A stretch of DNA of 64,000 nt from Maricaulis sp. (GTDB lineage Bacteria > Pseudomonadota > Alphaproteobacteria > Caulobacterales > Maricaulaceae): NCBI RefSeq assembly GCF_039978735.1, contig NZ_JBDWAS010000058.1, forward strand, positions 525 through 64,524, in the 5' to 3' direction. Shown in pieces: positions 1 through 11,214 of the stretch. The position numbers and the translations under genes are program-made. How positions within the stretch are numbered: the first letter of the stretch is position 1; each line of letters opens with the position of its first letter. A model generated the notes under the pieces. That model did not search any database. It worked only from the letters and a program-made list of their open reading frames with translations, and had not been told where the DNA came from.

Positions 1-1939
<1,939 letters not shown>

Positions 1940-2147
1940 TCATCAATACTGCGGGAAGGATGACGGGAGGAGTTCTATGAATCAAATCGATTTTATCAGG
2001 CGATCCCATAGATTGTTTCACTGTCATGGCCGCTCGCGACCTTGTGACAGTCATTTGCGCCTGCTGCGGCGTCCGGGTTTGCCCGGCCACTTGTGCCCGC
2101 GGCAAAACAGGCCCACTTCGACGGTGATCAAGCAAGGGAGCGTGTGA

Positions 2148-2663
2148 ATGGGTGCGATTCCGGATCAGGTCGGTTTTGCCGTCATGACCGTGTCCGATAC
2201 GCGCGATGCAGCTACGGACAAGACAGGCCCCTGGTTGCGCGCGGCCATCTCGGCCGACGGTCACCGCGTTGTGGATCACGCCATTGTCCCGGATGATGTT
2301 CCGGCGATCCGCAAACAGCTGGGCGCCTGGATCGCCAATCCCGACATTCACGCCGTAATCGCCACAGGCGGAACCGGTCTGACCGGGCGTGACGTCACGC
2401 CGGAGGCCTTTCGCGGTGTCTATGACAAGGAGATGGACGGGTTTGCCGCGGTCTTTCACCAGGTCAGCTATGCCTCGGTTGGCGTGTCGACGATACAATC
2501 GCGGGCAACGGCCGGCATCGCCGGTGGCACCTACCTGTTTGCCGTGCCGGGCTCGAGCGGCGGCTGCCGGGACGCCTGGGAGAAGGTGCTGAGGATCGAA
2601 TTCGACCGCACGCACCGGCCCTGCAATCTGGTCGAGCTCATCCCCCGCCTGACGGAGCGCTGA
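2148..2663 (+). CDS. moaB: molybdenum cofactor biosynthesis protein B (MoaB/MogA fold)
   Basis: 171-aa ORF containing AVIATGGTGLTGRDVTPEA and AGIAGGTYLFAVPGSSGG. moeA follows after a 1-nt gap. Confidence 0.85.
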   Translation: MGAIPDQVGFAVMTVSDTRDAATDKTGPWLRAAISADGHRVVDHAIVPDDVPAIRKQLGAWIANPDIHAVIATGGTGLTGRDVTPEAFRGVYDKEMDGFAAVFHQVSYASVGVSTIQSRATAGIAGGTYLFAVPGSSGGCRDAWEKVLRIEFDRTHRPCNLVELIPRLTER

Positions 2664-2664
2664 G

Positions 2665-3870
2665 ATGAGCGACTCCGCCATGCTGACCGTCGATGCAGCC
2701 CTGGATGCGATGCTGTCCGCGCTGTCGCCGCTGGCTCCGGTGAGGCGACCGCTCGCGGACTGCGGGGGCGCTTTCCTGGCCGAGCCGCTGGTCGCGCAAT
2801 GGACACAGCCGCCTTTCGCCGCGTCAGCCATGGACGGTTATGCCGTCCGCTCGGCCGATCTTGCGGCAGGATCCGAAGCGCTGCGCCTGGTTGGCGAGGC
2901 GGCGGCCGGGCATGCCTTTGGCCGGCCGGTCGGGCCGGGCGAGGCGGTGCGGATTTCCACCGGAGCGCCGGTGCCGGACGGTGCCGATCAGGTGGTGATG
3001 CAGGAAAAGGCCTCGCGTGCGGGCGATACCGTCCGGCTCGACGATACGGTGCGCCCGATGGCGAATATCCGGCCGGCGGGTACGGACTTCTCCCGCGGAG
3101 ATCGTCTTATAGAGGCCGAGCGACGCCTGTCGCCGGAGGCTGTCGCACTTGCGGCCGCGGCGCGTGTTGCAACCCTTCATATTCACCCGCGACCCCGCGT
3201 GGCGATCCTGGCGACGGGTGACGAGCTGGTCGAACCCGGTGCACCCGCCGGGCCTTCGCAGATCGTCAACTCGGTCGCGCCCGGGCTCGTGGAACTGGTC
3301 CGTATCTGGGGTGGGGAACCGGTCTATCTGGGCATCGCCCAAGACCGGCCCGAAGCGGTCCGTGACGCGCTTCGACGCGGGCGCGACTGCGACCTGACGG
3401 TGACGGTCGGCGGGGCGTCGGTTGGCGGGCATGATCATCTGCGCGCGGTCTTCCAGGCCGATGGTGGCCACTTCGTATTCGAGCGGATTGCGGCCCGGCC
3501 GGGCAAGCCGACCTGGTTCGGCACAATCGCAGAGCATCCGGTGCTCGGCTTGCCGGGCAATCCGGTTTCGGCCCTGGTCATGGCGCGCCTCTTTCTCCGG
3601 CCGGCGCTGGCGCGGCTGGGCGGCGGTGCAGCGGCTGCCGTCTTCGTAGAGGCTCCCCTGGCCGTGACGCTCGAAGCGAATGATTGGCGGGAAAGCTATC
3701 TGCGCGCAACGCGCGATGAAGCCGGCCGCGTTGCGCCGCTGCCCAACCAGGACTCCTCGGCACTCTCCGCGCTCGTACAGGCCGACTGCCTGATCCGGCG
3801 GCCGGCCGGTGCCCCCGCGCTAGCAGCTGGCGAGCGGGTCGAGATACTTGTCCTTTCCGATCGCGCCTGA
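2665..3870 (+). CDS. moeA: molybdopterin molybdenumtransferase MoeA
   Basis: 401-aa ORF with PPFAASAMDGYAV, ISTGAPVPDGADQVVMQE and LPGNPVSALV, all typical of the MoeA/gephyrin-E family. Confidence 0.9.
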   Translation: MSDSAMLTVDAALDAMLSALSPLAPVRRPLADCGGAFLAEPLVAQWTQPPFAASAMDGYAVRSADLAAGSEALRLVGEAAAGHAFGRPVGPGEAVRISTGAPVPDGADQVVMQEKASRAGDTVRLDDTVRPMANIRPAGTDFSRGDRLIEAERRLSPEAVALAAAARVATLHIHPRPRVAILATGDELVEPGAPAGPSQIVNSVAPGLVELVRIWGGEPVYLGIAQDRPEAVRDALRRGRDCDLTVTVGGASVGGHDHLRAVFQADGGHFVFERIAARPGKPTWFGTIAEHPVLGLPGNPVSALVMARLFLRPALARLGGGAAAAVFVEAPLAVTLEANDWRESYLRATRDEAGRVAPLPNQDSSALSALVQADCLIRRPAGAPALAAGERVEILVLSDRA

Positions 3871-3927
3871 ACGCGCCTCTGTCGCTTTTGTAATACCCGG
3901 CAGGCCTTGTCAAAGTCTGGCCATTTC

Positions 3928-3957
3928 GCTATTTACATTAACGTCAATGTAAATAGC
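3928..3957. promoter_or_regulatory. perfect 12+6+12 palindrome, candidate repressor operator upstream of the hydrolase/DUF2147 operon
   Basis: GCTATTTACATT-AACGTC-AATGTAAATAGC read directly. It is AT-rich in a GC-rich background and ends 18 nt before the ATG at 3976. Its core, ACATTAACGTCAATGT, resembles the site at 6045-6060. Confidence 0.6.
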
Positions 3958-3975
3958 GACGCGAGAGAGACACCC

Positions 3976-4833
3976 ATGGCATCCAATTCCGGAACTCCCA
4001 GCGATCTGGTCATCCAGCGGCGCGACATGCGATTTGGCCGCGATACGCCCAATCCGCGCTGGTGGCACGGGGGGGACCCGGGACGTACGGCCTTCTTCAA
4101 TGCGCTGTCCTCGACCTTCCCGCTTGGCGAGAAGTTCTTCATGCAGTCGATCAAGCGCTATCGCGATCGCACCGAAGAGCCGCTGCGCAGCCAGATCGAC
4201 GACTTCATGTACCAGGAATCCATGCATTCGCGGGAGCATGCCGTCTTCAACCGGCAGGCCGAGGATGCCGGTTATGACATCCGGCCGCTGGAAGAGCGCA
4301 CGCGGGTCACGGTGAGCTGGGCCAAGTCGCGACCGCACCAGATTCAGTTGGCCGCGACGTGCGCGCTCGAGCACTTCACGGCCGTGCTGGCCCATGGCGT
4401 GCTGGCCGACCCGAAATATCTCGACGGGGTCAGCCCGGAGGCGCTGCGTCTGTGGCGCTGGCATGCAATCGAGGAGATCGAGCACAAGGCTGTGGCCTTC
4501 GATACCTGGAACAGCGTGACCCGCAACCTGCCCGGCATTCGCCGCTGGGCCCGGCGCTGTGTCGTGATGGCGACGGCGACCGTCCGGTTCCACTGGGTTA
4601 TCTTTCGCAACACCGCCGATCTGCTCAAACAGGACGGGCTGAACAATTTTGGAACCTGGATGCGTCTGCTCGGTTTCCTGTATGGTCGTCCCGGTCCGAT
4701 GCGGGTGCTGGTACAGGGTGCGTTCGGATATATGCGCCCCGGCTTTCACCCCTGGCACACGGACGATCGCGAACTGGTCGAAGGCGCCCTGGAGTCGCTG
4801 AACATGTTCACGGAGCAGGAGAGTCCCGCATGA
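3976..4833 (+). CDS. predicted metal-dependent hydrolase (PF10118-like family, recalled from memory)
   Basis: The track ORF is 3907..4833, but its first 23 codons read through the operator palindrome, so I prefer the ATG at 3976 (MASNSGTPSD). Motifs: RWWHGGDPGRTAFFNALSSTFPLGEKFF, FMYQESMHSREH, IEEIEHKAVAFD. Confidence 0.7.
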   Translation: MASNSGTPSDLVIQRRDMRFGRDTPNPRWWHGGDPGRTAFFNALSSTFPLGEKFFMQSIKRYRDRTEEPLRSQIDDFMYQESMHSREHAVFNRQAEDAGYDIRPLEERTRVTVSWAKSRPHQIQLAATCALEHFTAVLAHGVLADPKYLDGVSPEALRLWRWHAIEEIEHKAVAFDTWNSVTRNLPGIRRWARRCVVMATATVRFHWVIFRNTADLLKQDGLNNFGTWMRLLGFLYGRPGPMRVLVQGAFGYMRPGFHPWHTDDRELVEGALESLNMFTEQESPA

Positions 4834-5258
4834 TGTCCGGATACCTGCCTTTGCTGGCCGGTCTGCTGATCGCTACGCCGGCCGCCCATGCTGACAGCAT
4901 GCCGGACATCACCGGCGTCTGGGCGACCGGCTCGGAGGGTGGCAAGGTGGAAATCTATCGCTGCGACGACGCGCTGTGCGGCCGGATCGTCGATGCCGAT
5001 GCGCTGCGGGAAAATCCCGACCAGCTGGATGTGCGCAACTCGGACCGCAGCTTGCGCGACCGGCGTCTGGACGGGCTCGTCGTGCTGCAGGACTTCTCCG
5101 GTGGACCACGCGAGTGGGAAGGCGGTCCGGTCTATGACCCCCAGTCCGGCGACGGTGCCCGCAATGGAGAGCTGCGCCTGCGCGAAGACGGAAGTCTGGA
5201 AGTGAAGGGGTGTGTTGCCTTCTTCTGCCGGACCCGGGTCTGGACGCGGGCTGACTGA
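4830..5258 (+). CDS. DUF2147-family periplasmic protein
   Basis: In frame within track ORF 4359..5258. The ATG at 4830 overlaps the upstream TGA (ATGA). Signal peptide MMSGYLPLLAGLLIATPAAHA is followed by ITGVWATGSEGGKVEIYRCDDALCGRIV, the DUF2147 signature. Confidence 0.7.
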   Translation: MMSGYLPLLAGLLIATPAAHADSMPDITGVWATGSEGGKVEIYRCDDALCGRIVDADALRENPDQLDVRNSDRSLRDRRLDGLVVLQDFSGGPREWEGGPVYDPQSGDGARNGELRLREDGSLEVKGCVAFFCRTRVWTRAD

Positions 5259-5261
5259 GGG

Positions 5262-5882
5262 TCAGCCCGTACCTTTCGGGCGCTCCAGGAAGGCCGGCAG
5301 CAAGTCGGCCATGATCCGGCGGCTGGCCTTGTCATCCTGGCCGAGAATGTCCCGCAGCGGCAGACCGATAAGGGCATCGCCGAAGGCGGTCAGCGCAATG
5401 AAGAGAACCGCTGCCTTGATCCGCTCGCGGGGCAGCTGCGGATCGTGTCCGGCCATCTCGTCGACTGCATCGACTACGCCCAGTACAGCCTGCCGGACTG
5501 GCTCGAGCCGGGATGTGTCACCGGTCATCACGATCCAGGACGCAAGCCGGCCTGCACCGCCTTCGCCGAAGGCGTCGAATACGGCATCGACCAGTTCGCG
5601 GGGCGCGCTCTCGTCCGTGCGAAGCCGGGCGACGGCTGCATCGAGCGCATCGCGCAGATCGTCCACCATCGACCCCATCAGGGCCGCCTGCAGGTCGGAA
5701 GCCGATCCGAAGTGGTGGATCAGGTTGGCGTGGGTCACGCCGATCTTCTTGGCCACAGCCGACAGTGTGACGGCATCCGGTCCGGCCTGGAGCAGCAGGG
5801 AGCGCGCCGCGGCGAGGGCTTCGCTTCGTGCCTCGTCCGGCGTTCGCCGCCGGCGTTTCTGAACGGTCTTTTCTTTTGGCAT
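5262..5882 (-). CDS. TetR/AcrR-family transcriptional regulator
   Basis: 206-aa ORF. The N-terminal HTH is SLLLQAGPDAVTLSAVAKKIGVTHANLIHHFGS. It is convergent with the DUF2147 gene and divergent from the TBDR at 6211. Confidence 0.9.
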   Translation of the reverse strand: MPKEKTVQKRRRRTPDEARSEALAAARSLLLQAGPDAVTLSAVAKKIGVTHANLIHHFGSASDLQAALMGSMVDDLRDALDAAVARLRTDESAPRELVDAVFDAFGEGGAGRLASWIVMTGDTSRLEPVRQAVLGVVDAVDEMAGHDPQLPRERIKAAVLFIALTAFGDALIGLPLRDILGQDDKASRRIMADLLPAFLERPKGTG

Positions 5883-6044
5883 GTTGGTTGGTTACTTCGA
5901 TGTAGATAGCGGCTGTCTCCTAGACTGAACACCGGGTTAACACAAGCGGCGAGGGCCCGAAGCCTTGCCAGGAAGGCCTGCGCGCAGCGGAACCTTTTCG
6001 CGAGACGCGGCCTTGAGCACGCAGTGATGGAAAAAATCTTACTG

Positions 6045-6060
6045 ACATTGATATCAATAG
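6045..6060. promoter_or_regulatory. palindromic operator-like site in the TetR/TBDR divergent region
   Basis: ACATTGATATCAATAG contains the perfect 12-bp palindrome ATTGATATCAAT (6047-6058). It matches the 3935-3950 core at 11 of 16 positions. A TTGACA hexamer follows at 6063-6068. Confidence 0.5.
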
Positions 6061-6210
6061 TATTGACACTGTCGTGAATAACTGCACCGATATGCGCTCG
6101 AGGGCAGAGCCGCCGCTGTCAGCGAGGAAAAGAACCGGCGGATCGCCGTGCCCCCTGCCAAGGCCGCCTCAAGAGTGGCTGCCGGGGATCGGCAAGAGGG
6201 AGGAAGATAA

Positions 6211-9200
6211 ATGCGAGCTATCGCAACCGGGCGCGCCTGTCTGAAGGCTGGCGTATCGACTGCTGTTCTTGTTCTGGCGGGGGGTGCTGCCTTCGCGCAG
6301 TCCGCGGACGAGACGGAAACCGAGAATGAGCGCCGCTTTTCCGGCGACGTCATCACCGTAACGGCGCAGAAGCGCGAGGAAGTGATCCAGGATGTGCCGA
6401 TTGCGGTGTCGGCCTTCACGGCCGAGGATCTCAACCTGCGCGGCATCGAGGGCGGGTCGGAACTGCTTCGGGCCATCCCGAACGTCGCCTTTTCGAAGAA
6501 CAACTTCTCGATGTTCAACTTCTCGATCCGCGGGATCGGGACCAAGGCGATCTCCGCGGCCAGCGATCCGGCCGTCGCGATCAGCTTCAACAATGTGCCT
6601 CTGATCCGGAACCGGCTGTTCGAGCAGGAGTATTTCGACGTACAGCGCGTCGAGGTGCTGCGCGGGCCGCAAGGCACGCTCTACGGCCGCAATGCGACCG
6701 GCGGTGTGGTCAACATGCTCCCCAACCTGCCGGAAACCGGCGTGTTCGACGGATCGATCGAGGCCGAGGTCGGTGGGTATGACAGCCGCCGCCTGCGTGG
6801 ATACATAAACATTCCGGTCGGCGACACGTTCGCCCTGCGAGTGGCCGGGGCCTCCACCCAGCGCGAGGGTTTCGACTACAACAGCTTCACGGACCGGCAT
6901 GTGAATGACCGCGACCTGTGGTCCACGCGGGTCTCCGCCCTTTGGGAACCGACCGAACGCTTCAGCGCCAGCCTGATCTGGGAACATTTCGAGGAAGACG
7001 ACAACCGTTCGCGCACCGGCAAGCAATTGTGCACGACGGATCCGGGGCCGACCCAGGTGGGCAGCACGACGGTACCGACTTTCGTCGCCGGGACGATCGA
7101 TTCCGGTGATCTTCTGCAAAACCAGCTGAGCCAGGGCTGCCTGCCGAGCTCCCTGTTCGAGGACGCAGCCTTCGATGCGCCCAATGGCGGATCCCTGACC
7201 ATCGTTCGGGCCGGCAGCATGCTGCTCTATCAGGGACTCTCGTCCGACGGCACGCGCCTCGACATTCCCACCTTCGGTACGGATCCGTATGCAGGAGCGA
7301 CCGTTTCCCGCGACCTGCGGGAGATCCATGCTGCGATCGACCCGCGTTTCCGGGCCGAGAACGACGTCTTTCAGCTCAATCTGGCGTTCGAACTGACCGA
7401 TGATCTGACGCTGTACTCGCAGACAGCCTATGCCAAAGACGACTACTGGGCGACGCAGGATTACGGACGTTTCCTGTCCGATCCCATTTTCCCGGACACC
7501 AGCCTGCGGGTGGACAATAGTGGCAACCCCGCGCCGTCGCCTCTGTCGCCGGGTGGCATCTATACCGACCCGCAACTCGGCGCGTCGTCCCGTATGCTGT
7601 CGGCCGATCTGAGTCGTTCGGACAATTCGCAATGGTATCAGGAAGTGCGGCTGCAATCCGACTTCGAAGGGAGCTTCAATTTCAGCCTGGGTGCGAATTA
7701 TCTGGAGTTCGAGTCGCAGGATGACTACTTCGTTTTCAACAATCTTTTCACGGCGTTGTCTGAATACTACTATAATCAGGACGGGGGAATTGGCTCGACG
7801 AGCCCCTGCGACGAGAACTACAAGGCCGGATCTGATCCGAGCGCCACGGAATGCGTTTATGTCGACCCGACGCCGATAGACAATCTGGCTGGCGACGGAC
7901 ATAACTATTTCCGCAGCCGGAATGTTGTGGAGACCCGTTCCTGGGCCGTCTTCGGCGAGGGGTATTGGGAACTCAGCCCCGAACTGCGTCTGACGCTCGG
8001 CCTTCGCTATACGGACGACCAGAAGACTGCGACCCCCTATCCCAGCCAGCTTCTGCTGGGTGCGCAGTCGGATGGCGGTCCGGGTCCGTCTTCCGGCGGG
8101 TATTCCCGCCGCGGTTATCAGGCCGACCCCGATGTCGAACTGGGCTGGGAGGCCCTGACCGGCCGGGCCGTGATCGACTGGATGCCGGATTTGTCCTTTA
8201 CCGAGGATACGCTTGTCTATGCGTCGTTCTCGCGTGGCTATAAGGGCGGCGGCACAAATCCGCCGCGGGCCGAGATCAACCCTGAAGTGATCCAGTATCA
8301 GCCGCTCGAAGGCACGTTCGAGCCGGAATATGTCAACGCCTTCGAAGTCGGCACCAAAAATACCTTCGCCAACGGGCGCGGCATGCTGAATCTGACGGGT
8401 TTCTGGTACGATTATGAAGACTACCAGGTGTCGCAGATCGTCGACCGCATCTCGCTCAACGAAAATTTCGACGCCCGGATCTGGGGGCTGGAGCTGGAGG
8501 CGATGTACCGTCCGACGCCCGACTTCCAGATCGACGGAAATCTCGGTTACCTCAACACCCGCATCGCCGATGGCGAAGGGTCCATCGATGTCATGAACCG
8601 GACGGCGGGAAATGATGGCTGGACCGTGATCCGGCCCTGGGTGCAGGTCCCGTCGAACTGCATTGCGCCGACCGAGCATGTCGAGACCATACTTCAAAGG
8701 GCGCCGATCTTCGGAGTGGTGACCTCCAACGCCCTCTCCGCGCTCTGCGGTGGTGCGGCGCGGTTCGGCGCCTTCGATCCGGACTTCAATACCACTCTGC
8801 CTTACTGGCTGTTCTATGGATTCGAGTACAATCCGCTGGAAGATGCCCCCAACGGCGGGCGTGGTTTCGAGACCGATCTGAGCGGCAATGAACTGCCCAA
8901 TGCGCCCAACTGGACGCTGAATGTCGGGGCCCAGTACACCTTCCATCTCGGTGAATGGGAGCTGACCCCGCGGGCCGACTACTACTGGCAGGGCGAAAGC
9001 TATTTCCGGGTCTACAACACCGAATACGACCAGCTGGAGTCCTGGGAGAACCTCAACGTCTCGGTGACCCTGATGCGGCCGCGCGATGGTTTCGTCATCG
9101 AGGGCTATATCAAGAACGTGTTCGACGATGCGCCGATCGTCGACGCCTTCACCAACAGCGACGATACGGGTCTTTCGACCAATGTGTTCACGCTCGATCC

Positions 9201-9237
9201 CCAGATCTGGGGTGTCAGCGTACGGGCAGCCTTTTAG
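6211..9237 (+). CDS. TonB-dependent receptor
   Basis: 1008 aa. Signal peptide ends AFAQSADE. Plug region: DVITVTAQKREEVIQDVPIAVSAF and VEVLRGPQGTLYGRNATGGVVN. C-terminal aromatic residue (VSVRAAF). GGGAGGAAG Shine-Dalgarno before the ATG. Confidence 0.9.
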   Translation: MRAIATGRACLKAGVSTAVLVLAGGAAFAQSADETETENERRFSGDVITVTAQKREEVIQDVPIAVSAFTAEDLNLRGIEGGSELLRAIPNVAFSKNNFSMFNFSIRGIGTKAISAASDPAVAISFNNVPLIRNRLFEQEYFDVQRVEVLRGPQGTLYGRNATGGVVNMLPNLPETGVFDGSIEAEVGGYDSRRLRGYINIPVGDTFALRVAGASTQREGFDYNSFTDRHVNDRDLWSTRVSALWEPTERFSASLIWEHFEEDDNRSRTGKQLCTTDPGPTQVGSTTVPTFVAGTIDSGDLLQNQLSQGCLPSSLFEDAAFDAPNGGSLTIVRAGSMLLYQGLSSDGTRLDIPTFGTDPYAGATVSRDLREIHAAIDPRFRAENDVFQLNLAFELTDDLTLYSQTAYAKDDYWATQDYGRFLSDPIFPDTSLRVDNSGNPAPSPLSPGGIYTDPQLGASSRMLSADLSRSDNSQWYQEVRLQSDFEGSFNFSLGANYLEFESQDDYFVFNNLFTALSEYYYNQDGGIGSTSPCDENYKAGSDPSATECVYVDPTPIDNLAGDGHNYFRSRNVVETRSWAVFGEGYWELSPELRLTLGLRYTDDQKTATPYPSQLLLGAQSDGGPGPSSGGYSRRGYQADPDVELGWEALTGRAVIDWMPDLSFTEDTLVYASFSRGYKGGGTNPPRAEINPEVIQYQPLEGTFEPEYVNAFEVGTKNTFANGRGMLNLTGFWYDYEDYQVSQIVDRISLNENFDARIWGLELEAMYRPTPDFQIDGNLGYLNTRIADGEGSIDVMNRTAGNDGWTVIRPWVQVPSNCIAPTEHVETILQRAPIFGVVTSNALSALCGGAARFGAFDPDFNTTLPYWLFYGFEYNPLEDAPNGGRGFETDLSGNELPNAPNWTLNVGAQYTFHLGEWELTPRADYYWQGESYFRVYNTEYDQLESWENLNVSVTLMRPRDGFVIEGYIKNVFDDAPIVDAFTNSDDTGLSTNVFTLDPQIWGVSVRAAF

Positions 9238-9249
9238 CCGTCAGGCGAG

Positions 9250-9274
9250 GGGCGGGCACCTCGGGTGCCCGCCC
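9250..9274 (+). terminator. GC-rich hairpin after the TBDR gene (no clear U-tract)
   Basis: GGGCGGGCACC-TCG-GGTGCCCGCCC, a perfect 11-bp stem starting 13 nt after the stop at 9237. Confidence 0.45.
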
Positions 9275-9971
9275 TGCACCGTGTCCGGCCGGGCTTCCTT
9301 CAAACGGTGCCAGGCCTGATTCCGCCAGGCGGTCCGCGACGAAAGCGGGAGAGGGACGCTCCTGCGGCCTTGCGGCGGCCATGCAAGATCAGCGGACCAA
9401 TTCCGGGGCCCGCAGACAGTTAGCCGATAGGGGGGCGAGCCTGCCGCGAGGCAAGGGCTCGCGTAGTGGTGATGCCCGGATCCACCGGATCCGGCGTGTG
9501 GGCCAGTGCTGTTCCGGCCGCCATCTGCGGTGCGGATCGTCACTTCCTTCGGAGGCATCTCCGTGGGGCAAGTATCTATATACAAATTTACTTAAGTATT
9601 TGTTTTCAAATAATAATTTGACTCCAGGGTGCTGTGCGTGCATGCTACCCAAAGTTTCGCAACGGGCAGATGAAGGCTAGCCGGACGGATGCATTCGTCC
9701 TGTGTCATCAGCGGCTGAGGTCGCGAACTTCATCTGCATGAATTGCTCCGGAGCGTGTGTCCGGAGCTGGCCGTATCGCTCGTGCCGTGAGGTGCGTGCG
9801 ATCGTGAGAGGCAGGTCTGCCTCTCCTCCTGCACCTCGTGCCGGGCGCGCCCCTCTGCGCCCGGCGCCTTTCCCGGGCCCGGAAGGCGCGGTGCCGGATC
9901 TGTTCAAGCGTTCAGTGAAATCAATCGTCAGACGGGCCCGCGCTGACCGCGTCTCAAATGGAGGAAATACA

Positions 9972-10409
9972 ATGAAAATCAAGACCACGCTCATGGCCGC
10001 CGTATTCGGCATGGCCGTCACCGCCGCCCCGGCTCTGGCTGCCTGGCCGCCGAACACCAACCAGACGATTTCCGGCACGCTCAGCCTGGAGCAGAGCATC
10101 CAGATCGACTGTGTTGTCACCGTCAATCTGAGCATTGACGGATCCGGCGACCCGACGATTACCGGCCGCAGCTTTGCGCCGGGCAGTTTCCTGTGCGGCG
10201 GCGTGGTTTCGCCGTCTGGTACCTGGACGGCCGCTTGGGGCCCCGGAGCCAATGAAGTGACGCTCTCGATCGGCGCGTCCTCTGTCCTTGGCTCCTGCTT
10301 CGATACGGTGGTGGCCGATTTCGACCACACCACCAATACGCTCACCTTCAACAATGTGACCGTGTCGGGAACGCCGAGCGATTGCTACGTTGACGGCTCC
10401 CTGAGCTGA
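9972..10409 (+). CDS. small Sec-exported, Lys-free, 4-Cys beta-rich protein of unknown function
   Basis: In frame inside track ORF 9702..10409. The ATG at 9972 is preceded by GGAGGA. Signal peptide MKIKTTLMAAVFGMAVTAAPALA|AW. The mature ~122 aa are rich in S/T/G/V/N, have 4 Cys (IDCVV, FLCGG, GSCFD, SDCYV), no Lys and one Arg. Confidence 0.75.
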   Translation: MKIKTTLMAAVFGMAVTAAPALAAWPPNTNQTISGTLSLEQSIQIDCVVTVNLSIDGSGDPTITGRSFAPGSFLCGGVVSPSGTWTAAWGPGANEVTLSIGASSVLGSCFDTVVADFDHTTNTLTFNNVTVSGTPSDCYVDGSLS

Positions 10410-10441
10410 GTTCGGTCTCCACTTTCTGGTGGAACACGACG

Positions 10442-10472
10442 GGAGTCGGGCACGTATCGCGTGCCCGGCTCC
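10442..10472 (+). terminator. intercistronic hairpin (possible attenuator) between the small-protein gene and the ABC genes
   Basis: GGAGTCGGGCACG-TATCG-CGTGCCCGGCTCC, a 13-bp stem with one mismatch, followed by TTCGTCGTT. Confidence 0.35.
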
Positions 10473-10539
10473 TTCGTCGTTCATGCTCGGGCTTGAAGTG
10501 GAGCACAGTGGAGGTAGCATCTGTGCTGGAGGACACGGT

Positions 10540-11214
10540 TTGCTGGCGTTGACAGGTGTCACGAAAACTTATGGCGACGGCGCAGGTCGTGTGACCGCGC
10601 TCGACGATGTGTCGCTCCATGTGGAAGCCGGTGGTTTTGTGGCCGTGTGCGGACCGTCCGGGTCCGGCAAGAGTACTTTGCTCAACATCATCGGCTTGCT
10701 GGACAAGCCGGATGCCGGGGATGTGTCGCTCGGTGGCGAGCGGGTCGTGCTTGCCGGCCGGGCAGAGGCGGCCCGACTGCGCAACCGGCTCATCGGCTTC
10801 GTCTTCCAGTCCTTCCAGCTTCTGCCCCGCCTGACAGCCTGGGAGAACGTGGCCTTGCCGCTGTTCCATCGCGGCGTCGGGCGGGACGAGCGCCGGGTAA
10901 AGGCACTCGCTGCGCTCGACAAGGTCGGTTTGTCGGACCGGGCCACGCATCGACCGGAGGCCCTGTCCGGCGGCCAGCGCCAGCGCGTTGCGCTGGCCCG
11001 CGCGCTGGTCGGCGAGCCCGCGCTGATGCTGGCAGACGAGCCGACCGGCAGCCTGGACAGCGTCAGTGCCGGCGCCGCGCTCGATCTCCTGCGCGATGTG
11101 AATGTGCGTCTGGGCGTCACCATCGTCATGGTCACGCATGACCGTGAAGCAGCAGCCCGCTGCGACCGCACGATCAATATCCGGGACGGCCGGGTGGCCG
11201 GGGAGGCGGCATGA
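10540..11214 (+). CDS. ABC transporter ATP-binding protein (MacB/LolD-type)
   Basis: The track ORF starts at 10429. I prefer the TTG at 10540, which sits 6 nt after GGAGGA (10528-10533). Walker [13 protein letters not shown], signature LSGGQRQRVALARA, Walker B LMLADEPTGSLD. Confidence 0.9.
   Translation: MLALTGVTKTYGDGAGRVTALDDVSLHVEAGGFVAVCGPSGSGKSTLLNIIGLLDKPDAGDVSLGGERVVLAGRAEAARLRNRLIGFVFQSFQLLPRLTAWENVALPLFHRGVGRDERRVKALAALDKVGLSDRATHRPEALSGGQRQRVALARALVGEPALMLADEPTGSLDSVSAGAALDLLRDVNVRLGVTIVMVTHDREAAARCDRTINIRDGRVAGEAA

Noticed and set aside
1975-2022. Possible OxyR site upstream of katG. Tetranucleotides CTAT, ATCG, CAGG, ATAG and CACT are spaced at 11-nt intervals.
   Set aside because: Only two of the elements match ATAG/CTAT well. 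No oxyR gene lies in the window. The periodicity alone is not enough to call a site.
2020-2147. Possible Moco riboswitch upstream of moaB.
   Set aside because: I see only a 7-bp hairpin (ACTGTCA..TGACAGT). I cannot recognise the conserved Moco-motif core by eye. An Infernal/Rfam scan would be needed, so no claim is made.
9861-9900. The CCCGGAAGG..GTGCCGG segment resembles the SRP (4.5S) RNA domain IV.
   Set aside because: Only the short CCGGAAGG string matches. The conserved GGAAGCAGCC core and the symmetric loop context are absent.
9702-9971. N-terminal 90-codon extension of the small-protein ORF given in the track (9702..10409).
   Set aside because: The extension is Arg/Pro/Ala-rich with no coding signal and is made of the GC hairpins of the leader. 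A strong GGAGGA-N8-ATG and a canonical signal peptide begin at 9972.
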